Assembly: GCA_035546935.1 (NCBI GenBank)
Contig: DASZVP010000002.1
Coordinates: 38,564-62,563, forward strand
From: Candidatus Saccharimonadales bacterium
Lineage (GTDB): Bacteria; Patescibacteriota; Saccharimonadia; Saccharimonadales; UBA4665
Direction of reading: 5' to 3'
DNA: 24,000 nucleotides
Under the pieces are notes generated by a model, which saw nothing but the letters and a program-made list of their open reading frames with translations, was not told the origin of the DNA and ran no database searches. This document shows, piece by piece, positions 14,127 to 22,277 of this stretch. Numbering within the stretch: the stretch's first letter is position 1; every line of letters begins with the position of its first letter. The position numbers were made by a program, and so were the translations under genes.

Positions 14127-16075
14127 TGGCTTTTGGCGGCAAAAAAAACCAAACTCCGACAGACCCCGTGGCAATCGCTCAGATGCAGCAAGCCCGCGAG
14201 CAGCAAGAGGTGCAGCTGGCCTTTCAAAAAGGTATTACGGCGCTGCGCGACTTTATTTCGCCGAGCTCCATCGAACTTTTTAATACGCACTTCCAGCTGG
14301 GCACGCGTTACGCTCGCACTTATTATGTCTACGGCTACCCGCGCCAGGTTTACACCGGTTGGTTGAGCGGCTTGGTTAATGTCGATGAAGTTATCGACAT
14401 CAGCATGTTTATTTATCCGGTAGAGAGCCAGGTGGTGCTGGAAAACTTGCGTAAAAAGGTGACACAGCTGGAAGCTGGCATTCAGATCGATAATGAAAAG
14501 GGCCGTGTGCGCGACCCGGGTAAGCAGGCCGCGATTTTGGACGCCGAAGAAATGCGTGACAAGCTGCAGGTAGGCGAAGAGCGTTTCTTCCGCTTTGGCC
14601 TGTACTTTACGCTGTACGCTGGCTCGATGGACGAGCTGGAATTTGTTTCACACAAGGTGGAGTCAATGCTCGGCCAGCAGCTGGTTTACTCCAAGGCGGC
14701 CACCTCGCAGCAAGAGCAGGGCCTGAACAGTACGATTCCGCAGCTTACCGACCAGTTGCAGATTCGCCGCAACATGAACACCGGCGCCTTGTCGACTAGT
14801 TTCCCCTTTACCAGCGCTGACCTGACCCAGGACAATGGCATTTTGTATGGCATCAACATGCACAACTCCGGCTTGGTGATTTTTGACCGTTTCTCTCTGG
14901 AAAACAGCAACTCAGTGGTCTTCGCTAAGTCTGGTGCCGGTAAGTCATTTGCAGTCAAACTGGAAGCGCTACGCAGTATGATGTTCGGCACCGAAATCTT
15001 TATTATCGACCCAGAAAATGAGTATCAGCGAATGTGCGACGCCGTTGGTGGTGCTTATGTACGCCTCAGTCTTAACTCCACCACACGCATTAACCCCTTT
15101 GATTTGCCCAAGGTGGTCGATGCTGAAGAAGCCGACAACGCCCTGCGCTCCAACCTGATCACCTTGCACGGTCTGCTGCGGCTGATGATGGGTGGCGCTC
15201 AAGCTCAAATGTTGGGCGGTAATGCCGCCATTATGCCTGCTTTGTCGCCATCTGAGGAGGCCGATCTGGATGCGGCCCTGATTGAAACCTACGCCAAGGC
15301 CGGCATCACCAACGACCCACTGACCCATACAGCCATTCCGCCGACAATTGCTGATTTGTATGATACTTTGCTGCACATGGGCGGCAGTGGACCGCAGCTG
15401 GCCCAGCGCCTGCGCAAATACACCAGCGGAACTTTCGCCGGCATCTTCAGCCAGCAAAGCAACATCGACATTAACAACCCGTTGGTTGTCTTCAATGTCC
15501 GTGACCTGGAAGACGAGCTGCGCCCGGTCGCTATGTATATTGTGCTAAATTACATCTGGAATAAGACAAAAACCGACCAACGACGGCGCATCCTGTTAAT
15601 CGATGAGGCCTGGCAGCTAATGAAATACGAAGATTCAGCCAACTTTATGTTCTCGCTGGCCAAGCGTGCTCGCAAGTACAATTTGGGCATTACCACTATT
15701 TCCCAGGACGTCGAAGATTTTATGGGCTCCCGCATGGGCCGGGCAATTGTGGCGAACGCCTCGATGCAATTGCTTCTCAAACAATCACCATCCGCCGTTG
15801 ACATCTTGGCTGATGTGTTCAAATTGACAAGTGAAGAAAAGAAACGTTTGAGTCAGTTCCCGGTTGGCCAGGGTCTATTCTTTGCCGGTCAAAACCACGT
15901 GCATGTTCAGGTTGTGGCCAGCCCGACCGAAGAAGGATTGGTTAGCAGCTCGCCGGCTCAAGCCGCGCCAAATGGTCCGCCAGGCATAACTGGCGAGATT
16001 AATCAGAGCCAGGGCACCATCGATCTTGGCAACCGTTTGAGCCCGGGCAGCACCGGACTTGTCGGCGGTATGTAA
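14126..16075 (+). CDS. virB4: VirB4-family T4SS ATPase (lacks the extreme N-terminal segment)
   Basis: This is a 649-aa protein. It carries 'RYARTYYVYGYPRQVYTGWLSGL', the typical VirB4/TraE '…yP..v..gwl' motif. Walker A 'AKSGAGKSF' sits near residue 270, Walker B is 'RILLIDEAWQL', and 'ITTISQDVEDF' follows. The SD GGAG lies 8 nt upstream of the ATG. Confidence 0.9.
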   Translation: MAFGGKKNQTPTDPVAIAQMQQAREQQEVQLAFQKGITALRDFISPSSIELFNTHFQLGTRYARTYYVYGYPRQVYTGWLSGLVNVDEVIDISMFIYPVESQVVLENLRKKVTQLEAGIQIDNEKGRVRDPGKQAAILDAEEMRDKLQVGEERFFRFGLYFTLYAGSMDELEFVSHKVESMLGQQLVYSKAATSQQEQGLNSTIPQLTDQLQIRRNMNTGALSTSFPFTSADLTQDNGILYGINMHNSGLVIFDRFSLENSNSVVFAKSGAGKSFAVKLEALRSMMFGTEIFIIDPENEYQRMCDAVGGAYVRLSLNSTTRINPFDLPKVVDAEEADNALRSNLITLHGLLRLMMGGAQAQMLGGNAAIMPALSPSEEADLDAALIETYAKAGITNDPLTHTAIPPTIADLYDTLLHMGGSGPQLAQRLRKYTSGTFAGIFSQQSNIDINNPLVVFNVRDLEDELRPVAMYIVLNYIWNKTKTDQRRRILLIDEAWQLMKYEDSANFMFSLAKRARKYNLGITTISQDVEDFMGSRMGRAIVANASMQLLLKQSPSAVDILADVFKLTSEEKKRLSQFPVGQGLFFAGQNHVHVQVVASPTEEGLVSSSPAQAAPNGPPGITGEINQSQGTIDLGNRLSPGSTGLVGGM

Positions 16076-16143
16076 AACAGCTTTTTTCTCAGGTTGACGG
16101 GGTATAATAAAGGCATTAGAGGAATTGGCAGGAAAAACTAAAA

Positions 16144-18885
16144 ATGGCCGTTTACGACCCGGAGCCAGAGGATAGCAACAAACCTGGTTTTTATAACCCG
16201 CACGACGGTTCGATTCAAAATGGTTTGGGCTCTAATGGCAGTTATCGTGAAAAGTACTTAAGCCGGGTTCGTGATCAAGAAGATAACCCCGACGACTCCA
16301 GCCAGGGCGATGATTCAAGCACTTCAGATGAGTCGGACAGAGTTAACCAAATCTCTGGCGACTCAAGTGGTCATGCTAATAGGGGCAGAAAGAGCACAAG
16401 CGACGACCGAAACTCTAATAATGACGATGGCGGCAGTTTCAAGCGAGGTGGCAAAGCTGGCGCCGGTAAAACCGGTACAGACGGAGTTAAAGGCGCTGAT
16501 GGTGGCGGCGCAGCCGGAACAGCCGGCCTGTTCAGGGCTGCCGATCCCATGGGGGGCCTGGGCAAAGCTGTGCAATTTTTGGGCAAGAACAAGGGTAAGG
16601 CTGGCGCAGCCGGCGGCGGCTTAACAGCTTTGATTTTGTTGCTGGTCATGGGTTTTGGTGCGGTGGCATCTTTTGAACTGGAAACAATAGCTAAAGATAT
16701 TTCTAAAGACGTTAGTAAAATTGAGCAGGCCGCAGAAAGAAACTCTTCTAAAAGACTTATCAAAAAGATTAAAAAGCGTCTCGAGAAGAAGGCTACTGCC
16801 AACGAGGCCGAGAAGGCCGCCATGGCCGCCGAGGATAGCGCCGGCAGATTAGCCAGCGAAATGGACAAATTCAATTTTACTGACTCAGAGGTGAAGGCAA
16901 GGTTAGCTGCACGTGGTATCCACGTTAAAACCAATGCTGCGGGTGAGTTTACTGGTTTTGAAGACGCCGCCGGTAACGATATCACCAAACAAATAGGCGA
17001 GGATAACGCTTTTACCGATGCTTTTAATGAGGCCTTGCCTGAAGCCGATGTCATGCAGCTGAAACCGTTCCAGGCCATAGAAACCGAACATGCCGGCAGT
17101 ACTTTTGATGGCATACCTGAAGATACGCCACCAGAAGAAACTCAAAAGACCATTGAAGATAAAATAATGAATGGCGCCAGCGAATCAGACATAATCAGTG
17201 CCGAGGCGGGTGATGAAAGTGACGACGGTCAGGTCGATGAAAACAATCCTGATGAAGCCAAACAGGCCAGCGATTTTGATGAAATAAAAAAACAAGGTGG
17301 CGAGCTTGGCGACGCATTGGAAGCCACTCAAGAAAGCTTGGCAAAGGGTGAGTCGGGCGCCAGTGCGCTGAGTAAGGGCGTTAAATCATTCAAGCTTGGT
17401 AACCCGATATTGGCCAGCCAGCTGGCAACAATGGCCTGCGGCTTTAAAAAGGATGTTGACGAGGTCTCCAAGGCCCGTATTCCGTTGATTATGCATCTGT
17501 TAACACGGCATTTTACATTAGTGATGAGTTTGGCTGGACAATTGGTCACCGGCCACCTCAAAGGCGCTACTGTGGCTAAGGTTATGTCCGTGTGGAATGG
17601 CGACCAGAGCGTGAAGCCAACCAAGGACGACCCCAACCCTGAGGCGGCAATGCCGTTCAGTAAGTCAGCTGCCTGGCAACGCATTACCGGTGGCACCATT
17701 GACGACAATCCCAAGAGTCCCGGCTTCACGCCCGATATTGCCAAGTCGGCTTTGCCGTCCAAAAATACTGGCACTAAGATTGTTGAGGAAATTGATAAGG
17801 TGTTCAGTAAGATTAAGGGTGCAAACCTTTCCTGTAAGGTTCTGACCAGCAAGTTTGGTTTTATTGTTCAGACTGTGGTCGGTATTGGTCAGCTGTTCGC
17901 GGATCTTGGCTCGCTGGGTGCTTCTCAGGTAGCTATTACCGCTGGAATTGTAGCTACTCAGCAGCTGATAGAACACGTGGTGCTGCCTGACATTATCAAG
18001 TATTTCACACCGGTCGGTATTTATGGTGGTGAAGATTCAGTACAACAACTTAACAACACACATGCTGGCGGCGTGATTGCCGAAAGCGACTTTGCGCGCA
18101 GCAACGGCGGCGAACCACTGACAACCAGCAAGGCAAACGAGATAACCAGGTCCCAAAACGCACATCTCGCTATGGTAGAAAGCCGGAAACCCTGGACAGA
18201 ACGCACCTTTAGCCTTGATGATCCCGGCTCTCTGGTTAGTCGCATGGCCCTGTACTTACCCGTTAACACTCACCAAATGGTTGGTGATGTAGCCAGTTTC
18301 TTTGCTACACTGCCGCAAACTTTAGGACATGTTTTCAGCAATCTAATTACGCCGCATATTGGCGCATTAACAGATAACGACCAGAGTGCGGGTGCGGCTT
18401 ACGATATTACAGAATATGGCTTTACTGAAGCCGATGCCAATAAATATGATGTCTTGGAAAATGAAAAATATCTTAACACAACGGTTACTTACAACGGCAA
18501 CAGCGCCACTCGTTTAGAAATGGCTGGCGATCCCAACAACTTTTTAGATGGTGTAATTGATTCCAGCGATACCGATTTGCTGCACTGCTATTTGCAGAGC
18601 TACACACAAGAAGATTCCAACGGCCAGATGTTGGTAAATGATGACGGCAGCGACAAAATATGCGGTTCGTTGGGCAATTACGATCTGGGCCGTCATGCAC
18701 CGCAACCAATGACTGACACCAATGTGGCAATATCTTATTGCGAATACCTGGAAGGCTCTTCATCGCCGTCTGGTGATTGCCTGGATGCTGTAATCCCACA
18801 ACTGCACGACGACATCGGTCACTTCCGACAATACATCTTGGACTCACACGTTATGCACGCTTACACGCTGTTGGTGGGCTCATGA
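16144..18885 (+). CDS. Large (913 aa) orphan membrane-anchored protein of the T4SS operon
   Basis: The first ~150 residues are disordered and rich in Asp/Ser/Gly. One clear TM helix (LTALILLLVMGFGAVASF) follows, then a Lys/Glu/Ala-rich helical region and an acidic linker. The remainder is a globular region of about 550 aa with an internal hydrophobic stretch (FGFIVQTVVGIGQLFADLGSLGASQVAITAGIVA) and a Cys-containing C-terminus. I recognise no family. Confidence 0.7.
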   Translation: MAVYDPEPEDSNKPGFYNPHDGSIQNGLGSNGSYREKYLSRVRDQEDNPDDSSQGDDSSTSDESDRVNQISGDSSGHANRGRKSTSDDRNSNNDDGGSFKRGGKAGAGKTGTDGVKGADGGGAAGTAGLFRAADPMGGLGKAVQFLGKNKGKAGAAGGGLTALILLLVMGFGAVASFELETIAKDISKDVSKIEQAAERNSSKRLIKKIKKRLEKKATANEAEKAAMAAEDSAGRLASEMDKFNFTDSEVKARLAARGIHVKTNAAGEFTGFEDAAGNDITKQIGEDNAFTDAFNEALPEADVMQLKPFQAIETEHAGSTFDGIPEDTPPEETQKTIEDKIMNGASESDIISAEAGDESDDGQVDENNPDEAKQASDFDEIKKQGGELGDALEATQESLAKGESGASALSKGVKSFKLGNPILASQLATMACGFKKDVDEVSKARIPLIMHLLTRHFTLVMSLAGQLVTGHLKGATVAKVMSVWNGDQSVKPTKDDPNPEAAMPFSKSAAWQRITGGTIDDNPKSPGFTPDIAKSALPSKNTGTKIVEEIDKVFSKIKGANLSCKVLTSKFGFIVQTVVGIGQLFADLGSLGASQVAITAGIVATQQLIEHVVLPDIIKYFTPVGIYGGEDSVQQLNNTHAGGVIAESDFARSNGGEPLTTSKANEITRSQNAHLAMVESRKPWTERTFSLDDPGSLVSRMALYLPVNTHQMVGDVASFFATLPQTLGHVFSNLITPHIGALTDNDQSAGAAYDITEYGFTEADANKYDVLENEKYLNTTVTYNGNSATRLEMAGDPNNFLDGVIDSSDTDLLHCYLQSYTQEDSNGQMLVNDDGSDKICGSLGNYDLGRHAPQPMTDTNVAISYCEYLEGSSSPSGDCLDAVIPQLHDDIGHFRQYILDSHVMHAYTLLVGS

Positions 18886-20993
18886 TGAGGCGCATAAAGT
18901 ACCTGATTGTGGCCCTAGCTGTAAGCTTGTCTATTGGTAGTAGCGCTTCAGGGCTAGGCCTAACAGATCAGGAATGGAACCGCATAAACGGTGACAGCAT
19001 TTACTATAATGGCTGCTCCAATAGTAGCAGTGCGGCAGTTAACGGCAGCGGCCCCACCAGTGGCGGACCAACCATTGTCATCGATCCGGGGCACAGCGGC
19101 GACGATATTCACGATAACGATCCTCAGACCGGCTTATACGACCATGACTATCCCAATGAACCAGAGATGACTGAGGTGTTTGATGTGGCACAAAAGGTCC
19201 AAGACAAATTACAGGCTGATGGTTACAAAGTTATTATGACCAAGCAGAGCGTTAACGATGATGTGTCGTTCCGTGAACGCGCTGACGTCGCCAACCAGGC
19301 TAATGCCGACCTGGCATTAAGCATTCATGACAGCCACGATACGTCGTGGCAAAACATGTACGGCAGTGGCGATGGCGGCCAGGTTTATGTCCAGGCAGTG
19401 GGCGATTACCGCCAAAACAAACCGGGTATGGGGGTTGGCAATAAAAAAGTTAAGTTTATGGATAATGATGTGGCTAAAAAAAGCCAAGAATACGGCCAGA
19501 TATTTGCCGACCAACGCACCAAAGACGAAGACCATAAGGTGTCTGTGGCGCCAGAGAACTTTAATGGCCGTGATGGGTTGCCGAGCGGGAATATTCCGAT
19601 GGTTCAGCTGTTTGCAGCTGTGCCGTGGGTTTACAACGAGGTGGGCGCACCTCACGGAAAGCTGTCGGCAGCTGAGCTAGACAAATACGCCAAGGGCATC
19701 ATTGATGGTGTTGAGAAATCGGTACCAGTTACCGCCAGCGCCATTACAACTAATACCCCAGACAGCGGCGCAGTAGAGTGTTGCAATAATTCCAGCTCGG
19801 CCAACACCGACATCACCGTGCCGGGCGACGCTGACGGTGCCAAGGGTGCTTGGAGCAGCGGCTTGACCGGACCTTACATTATTGAACAGTTTGCAATTAA
19901 TGTTCTAGAAGATTTGGCGCAAAAGAAGGGCGTACCCACCACCGACACAGTTACCAAACAGCATGTTTTGGCATTAGTTGCCTGGGCCTATATTGAAGGC
20001 GGCGATATTGCCAACGACAGCTTGTTTAATCTCTATAACTCCGGGCAGCGAGATTCGGGCTTTACGGCCGGCGCCCACACCACTGACGGCCTGGGCTCAT
20101 ACGTCTCATTTGATGCGGGCGTCGAAGAAATCACCCGCAATATTGATGACGGCAACCATAATGGCATGGTCAAAGTCTTGTTGGACCCCAACTCCAGTGC
20201 CGAAGACTTTGGACACGCTGAAGCCACCTCTGGCACCCAGCAGGGAACCTTGATCTGGGCCGCCGCATCCAAAGACCCCAGCTACTTCCGTCGAACATGG
20301 GCCCCTGTTTTGGCTCAAACCGAAAGCGCCTACAAAGACTATGCTTCTTTGCAGATTGGCACCACCGCACACGAACTATACGCCCACAAACATCTTCGCA
20401 GCCAGCTATCCGACATTGGCAGTGACGGCTTTGTGGTGAACACCGGCGATATTGCCTGTGGCGTCAGTGCCGAGGGCGCGGCTGGCATTGTCCAAGATGC
20501 CTTGAAGTTGGCTTGGCCCGAACCATTCGGCAGCCAGGCTCCGGGCAGCGAACCGAATCGTACCAGCGCACTGACTAATACCGCTGCGTATCAATCAGCT
20601 CTGGACAGCCTGTGGCCACATGGTGGGGCACCTTATAACGGAGCCGACTGCGGCACTTTTGTGAGTGCAGTTGTTAGAGACAGCGGAGCCGACCCCAACT
20701 ATCCGCCATCTGGCACGGGCGCGCAGTGGGCTTATGTTACCTCTCACCCCAAGAAGTGGTATGTTCAACAGGACGTGACCAGCATGTCTGATTTGCAGCC
20801 AGGTGATGTCCTGATTATCGGTGGCGCCGGTGGTGCTGGGGCGGCCGGCCACACCTGGATTTATGTTGGCAAACAACAAGGCGGTTATTGGTCAGCCAGC
20901 GCTTCTATGGGCGGCCGCAGCGGTAACCTGACCAATGATGTGTTGACCGATGCTGCAGCGAGTGGCAACTATTTATTAGCGAGGCTAAAATAA
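18882..20993 (+). CDS. Secreted multidomain cell-wall hydrolase: N-acetylmuramoyl-L-alanine amidase (Amidase_3-like), unknown middle domain, and NlpC/P60 (CHAP-like) peptidase
   Basis: The track ORF is 18777..20993. The likely start is ATG 18882, which overlaps the upstream stop (ATGA) and gives the signal peptide MMRRIKYLIVALAVSLSIGSSASG. The amidase domain shows in 'IVIDPGHSGDD…NEPEMTEVFDVAQKV…DLALSIHDS', with a His/Glu/His Zn-ligand pattern. The C-terminal domain has 'GADCGTFVSAVV' (catalytic Cys) and 'GHTWIYVG' (His). Confidence 0.8.
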   Translation: MMRRIKYLIVALAVSLSIGSSASGLGLTDQEWNRINGDSIYYNGCSNSSSAAVNGSGPTSGGPTIVIDPGHSGDDIHDNDPQTGLYDHDYPNEPEMTEVFDVAQKVQDKLQADGYKVIMTKQSVNDDVSFRERADVANQANADLALSIHDSHDTSWQNMYGSGDGGQVYVQAVGDYRQNKPGMGVGNKKVKFMDNDVAKKSQEYGQIFADQRTKDEDHKVSVAPENFNGRDGLPSGNIPMVQLFAAVPWVYNEVGAPHGKLSAAELDKYAKGIIDGVEKSVPVTASAITTNTPDSGAVECCNNSSSANTDITVPGDADGAKGAWSSGLTGPYIIEQFAINVLEDLAQKKGVPTTDTVTKQHVLALVAWAYIEGGDIANDSLFNLYNSGQRDSGFTAGAHTTDGLGSYVSFDAGVEEITRNIDDGNHNGMVKVLLDPNSSAEDFGHAEATSGTQQGTLIWAAASKDPSYFRRTWAPVLAQTESAYKDYASLQIGTTAHELYAHKHLRSQLSDIGSDGFVVNTGDIACGVSAEGAAGIVQDALKLAWPEPFGSQAPGSEPNRTSALTNTAAYQSALDSLWPHGGAPYNGADCGTFVSAVVRDSGADPNYPPSGTGAQWAYVTSHPKKWYVQQDVTSMSDLQPGDVLIIGGAGGAGAAGHTWIYVGKQQGGYWSASASMGGRSGNLTNDVLTDAAASGNYLLARLK

Positions 20994-20995
20994 CC

Positions 20996-21640
20996 ATGAA
21001 CCCTGTGACAAACCGCCTATACTTTCCGTTGGCTGTTGTTATCGTCGCGGCCCTAAGTTTTTGGTCGATGCTGCGCCCTTACGGTCCGCCGGCGAACAGC
21101 ACGCTTAAACTAGAAGTGGCGCCGGCCAGCGCCGTTATTAAGCTTGATGGGCGCAACATTAAGGCTGGTGAGCAAAAAGTTACGGCTGGCAGCCATGTAG
21201 TTTCGGTAAGTCTGGGCGGTTTCGAGCGCAAAACCATCAGCCTAATTGCCCAGGCTAATCAACCCAGCTATGCGGCGATAGTTTTAACTCCGAATTCGGC
21301 CGATACACAGAATTGGTATAAAACTCATCCGTCTGATGCAGCTATTGTTAATGTGGTGGGCAGCCACCAGGCGGATTTTGAGGTGCAGCAAATCAAACAG
21401 GCAACCCCCTTCATTAATCAGTTGCCGGTTACTTACGGCGATGGACATGGCGGTTTGGTGACAATCAGCCCGGGCGCAGCCGTGCGCAAAGGTTCGCCCA
21501 CTGCAATTTATATCAATGCCGCCACCCCATCACTACGGCAAGACGCTCTAGCTTACATCCGAAACCGCGGTTATGATCCGGCCAACACCGATATAGTGTT
21601 TACAGCCTTTAACAACCCGTTTGGCAGGAGCAGGGATTGA
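20996..21640 (+). CDS. Bitopic membrane protein with a PEGA-like domain
   Basis: This is a 214-aa protein with an N-terminal TM helix (LYFPLAVVIVAALSFWSML). The segment 'LEVAPASAVIKLDGRNIKAGEQKVTAGSHVVSVSLGGFERKTISL' fits the PEGA pattern. Its ATG lies 2 nt after the hydrolase stop. Confidence 0.55.
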   Translation: MNPVTNRLYFPLAVVIVAALSFWSMLRPYGPPANSTLKLEVAPASAVIKLDGRNIKAGEQKVTAGSHVVSVSLGGFERKTISLIAQANQPSYAAIVLTPNSADTQNWYKTHPSDAAIVNVVGSHQADFEVQQIKQATPFINQLPVTYGDGHGGLVTISPGAAVRKGSPTAIYINAATPSLRQDALAYIRNRGYDPANTDIVFTAFNNPFGRSRD

Positions 21641-21641
21641 T

Positions 21642-22277
21642 ATGGTCAAACGAGTAATAATTCTTTTGCTAGCAATAGTTGTCGGCGTAATAGGTGGTGG
21701 CATGGTTAATCAGCGACGCGGATTTGGTCAGGTTGAAGTTCACATTGATGACGGACTAACGGTGGCGGTTTATCCGGACTCGGGCGGCAACAACAGCTAC
21801 AACTATGACCCGCACCAAACGCCATTGTTTACCTTGCGTGCCGCGGAACAAACTATAAAACTTAAGCATGGTATCTATGACTTCGTGCTTATTGGATCAG
21901 TTTCTCAGTACGAAAACCCAGTCACCAAATTAGTTGTTAACAGTTCTCGCGAAGGAATTTCTATTAGCCCGACATACACTTACGGGAAGCTGAACAATCT
22001 ATTGAGTGATGAACGCAGTCAGATACAACAAGCCCTGTATAACGCCTATCCGGACCTTGGCGGGTCTTACATTGTGGGTGGTGATCAATTATTCGACAAA
22101 GGTGAATGGTATGGTGCGGCGCTACAGCCAATCGATCCCTCAAATGACAGGTTACACATTATCATGAAACGGTCTGGCGATCAGTGGGTGGTCGCGGCGG
22201 CGCCACAGATTAATATTGCTATCCCGGCCTACCCCAACATTCCCGACAATATTATAGATACGGTCGATCTACTTTAG
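21642..22277 (+). CDS. Bitopic hypothetical membrane protein (last gene of the T4SS operon)
   Basis: The track ORF is 21621..22277. The likely start is ATG 21642, giving MVKRVIILLLAIVVGVIGGG as an N-terminal TM helix. An SD-like AGGAGCAGGGA lies upstream. About 190 soluble residues follow, with no recognised family. Confidence 0.6.
   Translation: MVKRVIILLLAIVVGVIGGGMVNQRRGFGQVEVHIDDGLTVAVYPDSGGNNSYNYDPHQTPLFTLRAAEQTIKLKHGIYDFVLIGSVSQYENPVTKLVVNSSREGISISPTYTYGKLNNLLSDERSQIQQALYNAYPDLGGSYIVGGDQLFDKGEWYGAALQPIDPSNDRLHIIMKRSGDQWVVAAAPQINIAIPAYPNIPDNIIDTVDLL

Noticed and set aside
14141-14148. A8 homopolymer five codons into virB4, considered as a slippage or phase-variation site or as the cause of the VirB4 split
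   Set aside because: The upstream ORF's frame reaches its TAA stop (14124-14126) before the A-run, so slippage there cannot fuse the two ORFs. Eight residues is also short for efficient phase variation.
9841-15457. Antisense or alternative-frame ORFs inside the T4SS genes (for example 9841..10218, 10748..11044, 12476..12910, 13566..13862, 14686..14991, 14969..15457, 17328..17852 and 19317..19655)
   Set aside because: Each is fully embedded in a longer ORF that has recognisable motifs or operon coupling. Their compositions are Arg/Ser/Leu-rich, as is typical of non-coding frames.
16093-16108. TTGACG followed after only 3 nt by a perfect TATAAT upstream of the 913-aa gene (possible internal promoter)
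   Set aside because: The spacing between the two hexamers is non-functional. No acceptable -35 or TG extension lies 16-18 nt upstream of the TATAAT. It may still act as a weak internal promoter, but the sequence alone does not support calling it.
16371-17114. 247-aa antisense ORF, together with 16271..16624 (+), 16363..16575 (-) and 16903..17145 (-), inside the 913-aa gene
   Set aside because: These are low-complexity Ala/Pro/Ser mirror images of the Gly/Ala/Lys/Glu-rich coding region. They have no start context and lie entirely within a longer ORF in an operon context.
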